The position numbers were made by a program, and so were the translations under genes. Source: a virus. Taken from it: a DNA stretch of 64,000 nucleotides. The notes under the pieces were generated by a model. The model was not told the DNA's origin. It did not search any database and was given only the letters and a program-made list of their open reading frames with translations. This document shows, in pieces, positions 55,764-64,000 of this stretch (the stretch's first letter is position 1; each line of letters opens with the position of its first letter). The stretch lies in IMG/VR virus record IMGVR_UViG_3300023179_000019; one strand, 5' to 3'.

Positions 55764-56935
55764 TGTATAATACTGCCAAAAAACTTAAAGAGATTGTCAA
55801 GGGACCTGCACCAAAATCAACTTTTGGTACAGACCCTAGAGATCCTTGGTCAGCTAAAGCCGGTATTACTGAAGGTGCCTTAGAACAATATTTGATGTCA
55901 AGAGGAATTAATCCAAACTTTGTTTCTAAAGAGACTAAAATCTCTCATGCAAAATCATCATCTTTCCTGAAATGGAAACGTGATCATATGGTGGAAGAAA
56001 CTGATAAAAAAGATACAGTAGTTTTGGATATTCCTCTTTTAATTCGTGTTCTAGAATTGGCCAGAGAAGATATTAAAACTGACATGGACTTACACCGTGT
56101 AGTTGAGAAACTAATCTCAATACGTACCAAGGGTGTGTTGACCATGGATGATTACAATACTATTGCTAGCATCAAAGAGAATCACATCGCAATCGCTATG
56201 GGTAAGATGTTAGATGATGAAGGAAGTATGGTTCTTGATCAGATGGATCAATTGGAGCGTGCTATCACAATGATTCGCAACCATATTGGCAAAGACTATG
56301 AGAAACAACTTCCAGCATGGGTTCAGTCCAAGATAACACTTGCAACAGATTATGTTGATACTGTTGGTAACTATTTGTCTACCAAAAATGAAGAAGTGGT
56401 TTCAGAAGTTAGTTCTGAACTATTGGATCGTTACAAAGAGAAAGCCAAGAAGTCTGCTGATGAGTTGACAGCTAAAGGCCAACATAAAAAGTCCACAGAC
56501 CGTTGGATGAACGTTATGAAGGCAACTGGTAAACAAATTGAAAAAACTACCGGAAACATTAGAAAAGCTTTAAACAAAGAAGATAAGTTTCAAGATACCT
56601 ATGCAGCTACACAGACAGTAGGTCCAGAAGTCGAAAGTGCTGATAATAATTCAAATAAAATGTCCAAATCAGCAAAAATTATCAAATCTTTATATAAAAA
56701 TAAAGGTATGGCAGAAGATATGTATGATACCGAAAAGGAAAATAAGTCGGTTGCATCGTATGGTAGACCACCAAAAATGTCATCGGTAAATCCAAATAAA
56801 AATATTGGTGACAAAGCTCAGGCTGCAGCAGTTTTAACTGGTGGAAAAACTTTGACAGGAAAAAACAGAGATACGTTAGAGATTGATCCTATAATGCGAA
56901 AAGCAGGACCTTTGGATCAGAATAAAAAAATATAA
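55763..56935 (+). CDS. modular putative internal head protein
   Basis: LDIPLLIRVLE and LPAWVQSKITLA modules; xxE linkers. Confidence 0.65.
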   Translation: MYNTAKKLKEIVKGPAPKSTFGTDPRDPWSAKAGITEGALEQYLMSRGINPNFVSKETKISHAKSSSFLKWKRDHMVEETDKKDTVVLDIPLLIRVLELAREDIKTDMDLHRVVEKLISIRTKGVLTMDDYNTIASIKENHIAIAMGKMLDDEGSMVLDQMDQLERAITMIRNHIGKDYEKQLPAWVQSKITLATDYVDTVGNYLSTKNEEVVSEVSSELLDRYKEKAKKSADELTAKGQHKKSTDRWMNVMKATGKQIEKTTGNIRKALNKEDKFQDTYAATQTVGPEVESADNNSNKMSKSAKIIKSLYKNKGMAEDMYDTEKENKSVASYGRPPKMSSVNPNKNIGDKAQAAAVLTGGKTLTGKNRDTLEIDPIMRKAGPLDQNKKI

Positions 56936-56936
56936 A

Positions 56937-56944
56937 CATAAATA
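56937..56944 (+). promoter_or_regulatory. late promoter (CATAAATA)
   Basis: Intergenic, upstream of a strong SD AAGGAG. Confidence 0.6.
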
Positions 56945-56977
56945 GTACCATAACCAGAGGTTAACAAGGAGATTAAA

Positions 56978-57634
56978 ATGCCATTATGGGGAAATACAGA
57001 TTCAGCGAATAACAAACCACATTTCTCATCATTGAGAGAAGTTGTTCCTGTTACATCGCTAGTAACAGCAAACGCAACGACTGGTGGTAACACAATCGTG
57101 TTCACTTCCAATGCAAACTTTTCAGTATTAACAACTGGAATGTTTGTTTACTCAGCCGATGCCAACAATGCAGTTTCACGTAACCAAAAAGATTTATCTA
57201 TTTTGCATGGAAACGAAGCAGCATTTTGGAAATCAAATAACACAATCGCTAGAATTGATACTGCAAACTCATTAATTCAGATTAGAAACGTTGTAATGGG
57301 AACACTTGCAACCGGTTCAACTGTTTGGGTTGCTAATAATATCGCTTATCAAGCCACTTCAGATGAAGCTGGTTTTGGTGCTGCAAACGATGTTATTTTA
57401 GTTACAGCAACTCGGATGGCCAACACACAAGGCACAACTGGTGCTGGTGGTTCAAATGTATCAAACACCAAACTAGGTAGTGTAAATGCAGGTTGGAACC
57501 GTATCACTCAGAAAATTAACAATGACGGTACAGTTCGTTTCTTAAAAGAAACATTGGTTGCTCTTGCTAATCCAGTAGCTTCCAATACAAGTTCTGCTAA
57601 TACTAGTGCTAACGCTATTTTTGGTGGTCTATAA
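56978..57634 (+). CDS. putative virion structural protein
   Basis: MPLWG.TD...KP start; AGW...R..ETLVA end; Ala/Asn/Thr-rich. Confidence 0.65.
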   Translation: MPLWGNTDSANNKPHFSSLREVVPVTSLVTANATTGGNTIVFTSNANFSVLTTGMFVYSADANNAVSRNQKDLSILHGNEAAFWKSNNTIARIDTANSLIQIRNVVMGTLATGSTVWVANNIAYQATSDEAGFGAANDVILVTATRMANTQGTTGAGGSNVSNTKLGSVNAGWNRITQKINNDGTVRFLKETLVALANPVASNTSSANTSANAIFGGL

Positions 57635-57647
57635 TTCACTATAAAGT

Positions 57648-57680
57648 AACCTTGCGGATTAAACTCCGCAAGGTTTTTTT
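57648..57680 (+). terminator. intrinsic terminator
   Basis: AACCTTGCGGA-ttaaac-TCCGCAAGGTT followed by poly-T. Confidence 0.88.
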
Positions 57681-57700
57681 GAAACATAATAATAAAAATA

Positions 57701-58087
57701 ATGATTGATGATTTGAATGAAGAAAATTTCATGATATATGCAATGAAGTGTTATAATTCACCTCATTGTATTATGTCTGAATTTGAAGGTGATATCAAAA
57801 GAACAAAATATTTAAAGAGATTGTTCCGTAGATATAAAATCACCAAATCTCTAAAAGAGAGATTAATACTTAATCACATTATTTTATTGAATAATGTTTT
57901 TGGTCCGTTGGCGACAGCAAGAATATTATTCTATAAGACCGATGAAAGAGACTACGATATACTTAAAACGTTTTTGTCGTACCTTGATATTATGCCGGAA
58001 GAAATTAAGGGTATTAGAGGTATGAATTTTCATACATCCAGTATTCCTTTAGAACCTAATGTTGTAGAAATATTAAGACGCATATGA
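57701..58087 (+). CDS. conserved T4-like hypothetical protein
   Basis: LNEENF..YA...Y and LKERLILNHII...NVFG motifs. Confidence 0.75.
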   Translation: MIDDLNEENFMIYAMKCYNSPHCIMSEFEGDIKRTKYLKRLFRRYKITKSLKERLILNHIILLNNVFGPLATARILFYKTDERDYDILKTFLSYLDIMPEEIKGIRGMNFHTSSIPLEPNVVEILRRI

Positions 58088-58485
58088 AAACTTTTAAAAA
58101 TTTTTTAGGTGAAGATTTAAGAAAGTGGTTCAAACAAAAGTGGGTTCGCATGGACACCAAAGGCAACATTAAAGGACAATGTGCTAGAGATCCAGGAGAA
58201 GGAAAACCAAAATGTTTACCACAAGCTCGAGCTCATGCTTTAGGTAAAGAGGGTCGTGCAGCTGCAGCAAGAAGAAAACGCAGAGAAGATCCAAATCCAG
58301 AACGTCATGGCGCACCAATTAATGTAAGAACAGAAAGTGCAGCAGCTGCAATTGCCGCAGCAACAGCTATAGCAAAGAAAAAATCTGGCAATTACGATTC
58401 TGAAGGATTCAGAAAAACTCCATATAAAAATCCAAATCATCCTTTAAGAAAAAGTAATGCAGAAAGAGAAAGAGAAAAAGAATGA
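58084..58485 (+). CDS. basic putative internal head protein
   Basis: Starts MKTFKNFLGE; LRKWF..KW and PKCLP motifs. Confidence 0.65.
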   Translation: MKTFKNFLGEDLRKWFKQKWVRMDTKGNIKGQCARDPGEGKPKCLPQARAHALGKEGRAAAARRKRREDPNPERHGAPINVRTESAAAAIAAATAIAKKKSGNYDSEGFRKTPYKNPNHPLRKSNAEREREKE

Positions 58486-59081
58486 AAACTTTTAAAGAAT
58501 TCCAAGATTATATTTTTGAAAAAAATGTTCCTACTAGTCCAGAAAAATGGGCTGCTGCAAAAGCCGCAGCTAAATCTAAATTTGCTGTTTATCCTTCCGC
58601 TTATGCAAATGGATGGGCTTCGAAGAAATACAAGTCCATGGGCGGCGGTTGGAAAAGTGTTAGTGAAGAATTTGAACAATCAGTATTAATGGATTTAGAA
58701 GAATTATTTGATTCTATTGAAGATATTGTTGAACATGTTGCTGAGAGACATGGAATGGATTCAGAAATGTTGTGGGAAGAACTCGAATCTATAACTGACG
58801 AAGAATTAATAGAAGCTACCGCAGCATGGCAAAGATCAGCAGGTAAAGACCCTAAGGGTGGATTGAACCGTAAAGGAATTGCTTCTTATCGTAGAGAACA
58901 TCCAGGTTCTAAGTTATCTATGGCTGTTACAACAAAACCATCAAAATTAAAGCCTGGATCGAAAGCTGCTAAACGCAGAAAATCTTTCTGTGCTCGCATG
59001 GGTGGAATGCAAGGTCCAATGAAAAAACCAAATGGCAAACCAACCCGCAAAGCATTGGCTTTGAGGAAATGGAACTGTTAA
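58482..59081 (+). CDS. modular basic putative internal head protein
   Basis: Starts MKTFKEF; YPSAYA...YK..GG.W module; GGLN.KG...RRKSFCARM...ALRKWNC module. Confidence 0.7.
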   Translation: MKTFKEFQDYIFEKNVPTSPEKWAAAKAAAKSKFAVYPSAYANGWASKKYKSMGGGWKSVSEEFEQSVLMDLEELFDSIEDIVEHVAERHGMDSEMLWEELESITDEELIEATAAWQRSAGKDPKGGLNRKGIASYRREHPGSKLSMAVTTKPSKLKPGSKAAKRRKSFCARMGGMQGPMKKPNGKPTRKALALRKWNC

Positions 59082-59323
59082 TGAAAACATTAAAACAATT
59101 TCGTGAAGCTTGTTGGTCAGGTTTCAAGCGAAAAAAAGGTACACAAGAATACGAAAAAGGCAGCTGCGTCAGAGAAGATGGTGTTGCTGTTGCTGGACCA
59201 ACTAACGCAGTAAGTTCCGGTGCTATTGCTGGTTCTGGTGGTGCTGGCGGTGAACCTGGTGTTCATCTAAAGAAAAAGAATCCTATTATTTTGCCTATGG
59301 GTAAAAGAAAGTTGCCTGTCTAA
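59081..59323 (+). CDS. small putative internal head protein
   Basis: MKTLKQFRE-ACW.G...CV; PTN..SSG.IAG motifs. Confidence 0.6.
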   Translation: MKTLKQFREACWSGFKRKKGTQEYEKGSCVREDGVAVAGPTNAVSSGAIAGSGGAGGEPGVHLKKKNPIILPMGKRKLPV

Positions 59324-59769
59324 TGTGGTTATTATCTTGGTTGCCTGATTGGATATTCTATACAATATTTTTTGTTGGACTATTAGGTCTTTTGGTGACT
59401 TATGTTGTAAAATTTATACCTTTTATAAACACATTTCAAGAACCTATAAGATTAGTTTCGATGGTTGCAATTATTTTTGCAACATACATGATTGGTGGGA
59501 TATCAAATCAAGCTTCATGGAAAGAAAAAGTTGCTGAAATGGAAAAGAAAGCATCTATCGCACAAGTAGAATCATCAAAGCAAAATGTAAAAATTATTGA
59601 AAAAGTAGTTAAGAAAACAGAATATATTACACGCAGAGGTCAAGATATTGTTACATATGTCGATAGAGAAGTAACAAAATATGATGCAAAATTTGCACCA
59701 GGTGGTATATGTGAGATACCAAAAGAATTTATTAAAGCACATAATGATGCAGCTGAGGCACCAAAATGA
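59323..59769 (+). CDS. putative i-spanin (Rz-like)
   Basis: N-terminal TM segments, coiled coil and C-terminal Cys; adjacent to a lipoprotein and an endolysin. Confidence 0.7.
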   Translation: MWLLSWLPDWIFYTIFFVGLLGLLVTYVVKFIPFINTFQEPIRLVSMVAIIFATYMIGGISNQASWKEKVAEMEKKASIAQVESSKQNVKIIEKVVKKTEYITRRGQDIVTYVDREVTKYDAKFAPGGICEIPKEFIKAHNDAAEAPK

Positions 59770-60029
59770 AATACATTGCCTGTTTGTTTATTGTTCTGTT
59801 ATCAGGTTGTTCCACAGTTGTTCCCGTTTCGATGAAATTTCCTGATGTACCCGAAAGGTTGTTACAAAAGTGTTCTACACTTGAGAAATTGGAAAACGAA
59901 TCAAAACTTAGTGATGTATCGAAAACGATTACAAATAACTATACAACATATTATGAATGTGCAGTAAAAACTGACGCATGGATTGAATGGTATAATATAC
60001 AAAAAAACATATTCAATGGAGTAAAATAA
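59766..60029 (+). CDS. putative o-spanin lipoprotein (Rz1-like)
   Basis: Lipobox LLSGC; P..P..LL..C...Y.EC pattern. Confidence 0.75.
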   Translation: MKYIACLFIVLLSGCSTVVPVSMKFPDVPERLLQKCSTLEKLENESKLSDVSKTITNNYTTYYECAVKTDAWIEWYNIQKNIFNGVK

Positions 60030-60643
60030 TGGAATTAACATTAGACAAACTAAAAAAAATTATGGGTAATAACCAGTATGTTGAATATTGGTATCAAGCT
60101 TTTGATAAAATATTACCAGAATATGAAATCGATTCTGTTGCACGAATAGCAGCTTTCTTAGCGCAATGTGGCCACGAATCCGGTAATTTTACAGCACTCC
60201 AAGAAAATTTAAATTACAAAGCAGAATCTTTGATGCGTGTTTGGCCTAAATATTTCCATGATATTGATACTGCAAATCATTATGCACATAAACCAGAAAT
60301 GATTGCAAACAGAGCATATGCAAATCGTATGGGCAATGGACCAGAAGAAACTGGTGATGGTTGGAAATTTTGCGGTAGAGGTTTAATTCAATTAACAGGA
60401 AAATCAAATTATCAAGCTTTTGCTGAAAGTTTGGAGATGGATTTGGAAGAAGTTCCTGCATATCTTGGAACTTTTGAAGGTGCGACACAATCCGCCTGTT
60501 GGTTTTGGGAAGTCAATAACCTAAATAAATTTGCAGACGTAGGTGATATTAAAGGTATGACAAAGGTCATCAACGGCGGATATCTAGGTCTGGAAGATCG
60601 TGAGAAACACTATCATCATGCAATCGAAATACTAAGTTCTTAA
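60029..60643 (+). CDS. glycoside hydrolase family 19 endolysin
   Basis: FLAQCGHESG, ENLNY, GRGLIQLTGK.NY and INGG..GL.DR motifs. Confidence 0.93.
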   Translation: MELTLDKLKKIMGNNQYVEYWYQAFDKILPEYEIDSVARIAAFLAQCGHESGNFTALQENLNYKAESLMRVWPKYFHDIDTANHYAHKPEMIANRAYANRMGNGPEETGDGWKFCGRGLIQLTGKSNYQAFAESLEMDLEEVPAYLGTFEGATQSACWFWEVNNLNKFADVGDIKGMTKVINGGYLGLEDREKHYHHAIEILSS

Positions 60644-60720
60644 ATAAATTTTTTGCGAATTTTATAAATGGCACCTTTGGAGTATGTTATGAACAATCTT
60701 ACTAAGGGAAATTATAAAAA

Positions 60721-61215
60721 ATGCAATCAAAAAAGTACGGTAAAATATTCGCTGCCGCATTATTACTATTCTCAACATTCACATATGCTGATGCAATCGT
60801 AACAGATTCCACATCAAGAAGTTATAGTGATTCAAATTCAACAACAACGGTAAAATCTCCGCCTCCAACAGCCGTTGCACCAACAATTACATCCATCAAT
60901 AACGATTTATGTGTTGTTGGCGCTTCTGGTGCAGTTCAGACACAAATCTTGGGTATGTCGTTTGGTTCGACCACAAGAGATATGAATTGTGAAAGAATCA
61001 AGCTATCTAAAAATCTATATGATATGGGGATGAAGGTTGCCGCAGTTGCAACTTTGTGTCAAGACGAAAGAGTTTTCATTGCAATGATGAACGCAGGAAC
61101 ACCTTGCCCAATCGATGGTAAGATTGGTACTGAAGCGAGAGAATTGTGGGAACAAAATCCTTCTCGTCAACCAAAAAATTCAGAAGAAAAATCTGTAGTA
61201 ACAAATCGTAAATAA
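60721..61215 (+). CDS. secreted Cys-containing hypothetical protein
   Basis: Signal peptide ending TYA; SPPPTAVAP, D.NCERIK and AGTPCP motifs. Confidence 0.7.
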   Translation: MQSKKYGKIFAAALLLFSTFTYADAIVTDSTSRSYSDSNSTTTVKSPPPTAVAPTITSINNDLCVVGASGAVQTQILGMSFGSTTRDMNCERIKLSKNLYDMGMKVAAVATLCQDERVFIAMMNAGTPCPIDGKIGTEARELWEQNPSRQPKNSEEKSVVTNRK

Positions 61216-62993
61216 TGAAAAACTTTTTGTTATGTCTGGCATTTTTTTGTGTTGGTGCTAATGCTCAGATAATTTCATTACCAATTCCTGGTAGCCCACT
61301 TTCTTTAAGTGTGATGGCTAATCCTCAACCATTACAAGAAATAAAGAATAATCCAGCAGCAACGTTGCACAACCTAGGCGATGATGGTTGGGCCAATGTG
61401 CCCTTGCCATTCACATTTCCATTTTATGGACAATCATTTACTGATTCCACCATGTACAGTAACGGAGCTGTACAGTTTGGTGCAAATCGTTCCGCTTCCA
61501 ACAATAGTTTTTGTTGTCAGGGTCTGCCATTATCTCTAACAACATTGGGTTCACAATACAACTATTCTATTATGCCTCTTTGGACTGATTTGATTGGTGC
61601 TGAAGGAAATAATCACTATAGCTTAGGAACATCCAATACTATGACATATGGTTGGTATGGTATTCAACAGTTCGGTAGACCCAACAATAGGAGCAGTTTT
61701 GAATTAAAGATTGATTCAACGGGTGGTATAGATATGCGTTGGTCGGGTGCTATGGTAACTGCAAATCCTGTGACCATCGGTACGATAGGCGATTCATCTA
61801 AAGGCGAATTTACTCAAAACTACTTCAGCACATCAGGAATTAATATTACTGGTCTCACTCAATTGAGTACGGGTATTGGTGCAATTGATATGTGTATGAT
61901 TAATCCTTTATCGTCACCTACATGTCCAAATTATACGACCGCATATACATCACAACAATGTTTAATAAATGTATTGTATGATCCTACGTGTCCAGGATAT
62001 AGTCAAGCATATTTTAATCAACAATGTGGATTAAATGCGTTATATAACGAATCTTGTCCGGGTTACGCAACTGCCTATTTAAATCAACAATGCAGTCAGA
62101 ATCCATTATATTCTACTACATGTAGTGGCTATGCACAAGCATATAGAACACAACAATGTAGTTTAAATCCATTATATGCAACTGATTGTCCTGGTTATGC
62201 ACAAGCATATTTAAACGACCAATGTATCAAAGATTCTTTATATAGCAAAGAATGTGCAGGATATAATACTGCATATGCTATAAAATATTTGGTGCCATTA
62301 AACTCATCAGTTACTTCAGCGGTGAATTCCTCACTTTCCAGTACTGCTGCAACAAGAGCAAACGATCCTTCGAATATCGTAGTTTCAACGACAGTACCTA
62401 CAACTACAATTAATAATGATGGTTCAGTATCAACAGGTGTATCACCAACGGGTAATAGTAATGTTGATTCTGTTATACAAAATAGAACAACTTCAGCAAC
62501 AGGATCATCTCCCGCAGCAGTAGTACAATTATCTCCACAACCTCCACAAAATACTCCCACCGCTCAAAAACAAGACGATAAGAAGCAAGATCAAAAACCT
62601 GAAGGTGGTCAACAAAATGCTCAAGGCGGATCTCAACAAGATAAAAAAGATCAACCTAAAAGTGCGAGACAAGAATTACAAGAACGTAGAGAGGCTGCAG
62701 CTAAAAAAGAAGCTGTTGAAAAATCGAAAGACTTAGCTAATCAAATGTCTCAAGCCGAAAGTATGCAACAACAGGTCGCTGTTCAAAATATTGTAATACA
62801 GGCAATGGGTTTTACTCCAGGTTTTGACGTATACAACAGAACAATTGTTCCTGATGGAAAAATGTATCGACCATTTACAGTTTACAATAATCAACAAAAC
62901 GTTGATAATCGTAGAGCAAACATCGGTTTATTTGGAACAACAAATTCAAAATATGAAGAATTGTTAAATTCACAATATGAGGTAAGAAAATAA
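61215..62993 (+). CDS. secreted protein with NIDO-like domain, six Cys-pair repeats and low-complexity tail
   Basis: Signal peptide ANA|Q; DDG...V.LPF.FPFYG, SNG and IMPLWTDL motifs. Confidence 0.7.
   Translation: MKNFLLCLAFFCVGANAQIISLPIPGSPLSLSVMANPQPLQEIKNNPAATLHNLGDDGWANVPLPFTFPFYGQSFTDSTMYSNGAVQFGANRSASNNSFCCQGLPLSLTTLGSQYNYSIMPLWTDLIGAEGNNHYSLGTSNTMTYGWYGIQQFGRPNNRSSFELKIDSTGGIDMRWSGAMVTANPVTIGTIGDSSKGEFTQNYFSTSGINITGLTQLSTGIGAIDMCMINPLSSPTCPNYTTAYTSQQCLINVLYDPTCPGYSQAYFNQQCGLNALYNESCPGYATAYLNQQCSQNPLYSTTCSGYAQAYRTQQCSLNPLYATDCPGYAQAYLNDQCIKDSLYSKECAGYNTAYAIKYLVPLNSSVTSAVNSSLSSTAATRANDPSNIVVSTTVPTTTINNDGSVSTGVSPTGNSNVDSVIQNRTTSATGSSPAAVVQLSPQPPQNTPTAQKQDDKKQDQKPEGGQQNAQGGSQQDKKDQPKSARQELQERREAAAKKEAVEKSKDLANQMSQAESMQQQVAVQNIVIQAMGFTPGFDVYNRTIVPDGKMYRPFTVYNNQQNVDNRRANIGLFGTTNSKYEELLNSQYEVRK
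61893..62288 (+). repeat. six degenerate 66-bp (22-aa) coding repeats CxxNPLYxxxCPGYxxAYxxQQ
   Basis: Read directly from the translation. Confidence 0.9.
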
Positions 62994-62994
62994 A

Positions 62995-63120
62995 ATGGCA
63001 GCAACAGCTTTTGTTATTGGTTTTTTTACAGCATTGGGTTGGTGGTCTGCTGGAAAAATAACCAAAACGATTGACACTCCACCAACAATAACACAACAAG
63101 AAAATCAAAAGGAAAAATAA
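62995..63120 (+). CDS. 41-aa single-TM micro-protein
   Basis: SD GAGG; MAATAFVIGFFTALGWWSAGK...; fills the gap between neighbours almost exactly. Confidence 0.55.
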   Translation: MAATAFVIGFFTALGWWSAGKITKTIDTPPTITQQENQKEK

Positions 63121-63121
63121 A

Positions 63122-63721
63122 ATGTCAGAAGAAATCAAAGACGTTAATGCAAAAATTGATGAATTGGAAGCTGCAACTAAAAAGTATGCTAGCAAAGATA
63201 CAGTCATCAGCATTGGTGGCTATGAATTTACCCCTGCAAAATTAATGGTTGCATTTACTATTGTATCATCAACACTTGGCGGTCTCTATGGCGCATTTGA
63301 AGTTTATAAAGATTATCAGAGTATGAAAAAGAAAATTGCTGAATATGTTTCTCCAGATTTAACAGAAATCTACAAAAAGATGGAAGTATTGGATGCAAAC
63401 ACAAGCAAAATGACTGAATATACTAATAACATTAAGAACGATCTTAAACAAGATGTTCGTAGAGTTGAATCTGTAGTTGAAAACATCGAGAGATCCACAA
63501 AATCTAATCAAAGAGATACAGATCAAGCAATCAAAGAAATAAAAAAAGAATCTGATACAACATTAAAAGAAGTTAGAAGATATAGTGATCAGAGTGTTAA
63601 AGAGGTTACACAAGAATTGGTTAAGAATCAAAAAGAACACCAAGCGGAAATTCGTGCTTTGAGAAATGAAGTTGATACGAAGATTAAAAGGGCTCTGGAC
63701 AATCCACTTTCAAAAGACTGA
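63122..63721 (+). CDS. membrane-anchored coiled-coil protein
   Basis: One TM segment (GGLYGAFEVY), long coiled coil, ALDNPL end. Confidence 0.75.
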   Translation: MSEEIKDVNAKIDELEAATKKYASKDTVISIGGYEFTPAKLMVAFTIVSSTLGGLYGAFEVYKDYQSMKKKIAEYVSPDLTEIYKKMEVLDANTSKMTEYTNNIKNDLKQDVRRVESVVENIERSTKSNQRDTDQAIKEIKKESDTTLKEVRRYSDQSVKEVTQELVKNQKEHQAEIRALRNEVDTKIKRALDNPLSKD

Positions 63722-63829
63722 AGTATTACTTCAAATAAATAATGTATAGTCCATACATTTTTTTCGATATGTGGATACAGTATTCACTAGAAATATATTT
63801 TTTACCATATAAAATAATTGGAATTCAAA

Positions 63830-64000
63830 ATGGCAGATAATAAACCATTATCCCGCTCAGAGCGGGAAGCACTAATAAAAGATAAAGCTGGTTGGGTTAT
63901 TACAATACTAGCAGCATTACTTGCTATCAACACCCTAATGGGTGGAAGTAATTCAAGTAAGGTATTGAATAACACCATTGAAGCAAACAACACTTGGGCA
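63830..64000 (+). CDS. DUF4337-like membrane protein (3' truncated by window)
   Basis: MADNKPLSRSEREALIKDKAGWVITILAALLAI...ANNTWA. Confidence 0.6.
   Translation, partial: MADNKPLSRSEREALIKDKAGWVITILAALLAINTLMGGSNSSKVLNNTIEANNTWA

Noticed and set aside
59323-60643. Holin call within the lysis module
   Set aside because: The TM protein at 59323 fits an i-spanin better, and no holin can be assigned confidently.
61893-62288. CRISPR-like or DGR repeat array
   Set aside because: The repeats are degenerate, in-frame 66-nt protein repeats without spacers, and no cas or reverse transcriptase genes are present.

Overview
A 64-kb segment of an AT-rich T4-like (Tevenvirinae-related) myophage genome. 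Essentially all real genes are on the + strand, and the minus-strand ORFs look like shadows. Gene order: the head/tail core (gp17 3' end, gp18-gp23, gp3); uvsY/uvsW/gp55/gp47/gp46; auxiliary genes (peptide deformylase, 2OG-Fe(II) oxygenases, Hsp20); gp45/44/62/regA; a split carbamoyltransferase and an ADP-heptose-type sugar cluster; an array of 20 tRNAs interleaved with three structured non-tRNA RNAs and a degenerate Gly-tRNA-like RNA; a gp43 polymerase split in two by an HNH cassette; uvsX/gp40/gp41; a glycosyltransferase cluster; a late operon of putative capsid-packaged proteins; a spanin/GH19 lysis module; and a secreted/membrane protein cluster. Most notable: (1) the split gp43 halves carry complementary charged helical tails, with no intein or intron; (2) a set of His-rich proteins with T4-type capsid-targeting N-termini includes a ligase-like enzyme and a nucleotidyltransferase-kinase fusion; (3) uncharacterised ncRNAs and an rrn-like boxB/boxA element lie in the tRNA array; (4) an overprinted gene has its own late promoter; (5) there are two DUF4338/DruA-like paralogues. 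All family calls come from motif recognition by eye; no searches were run.
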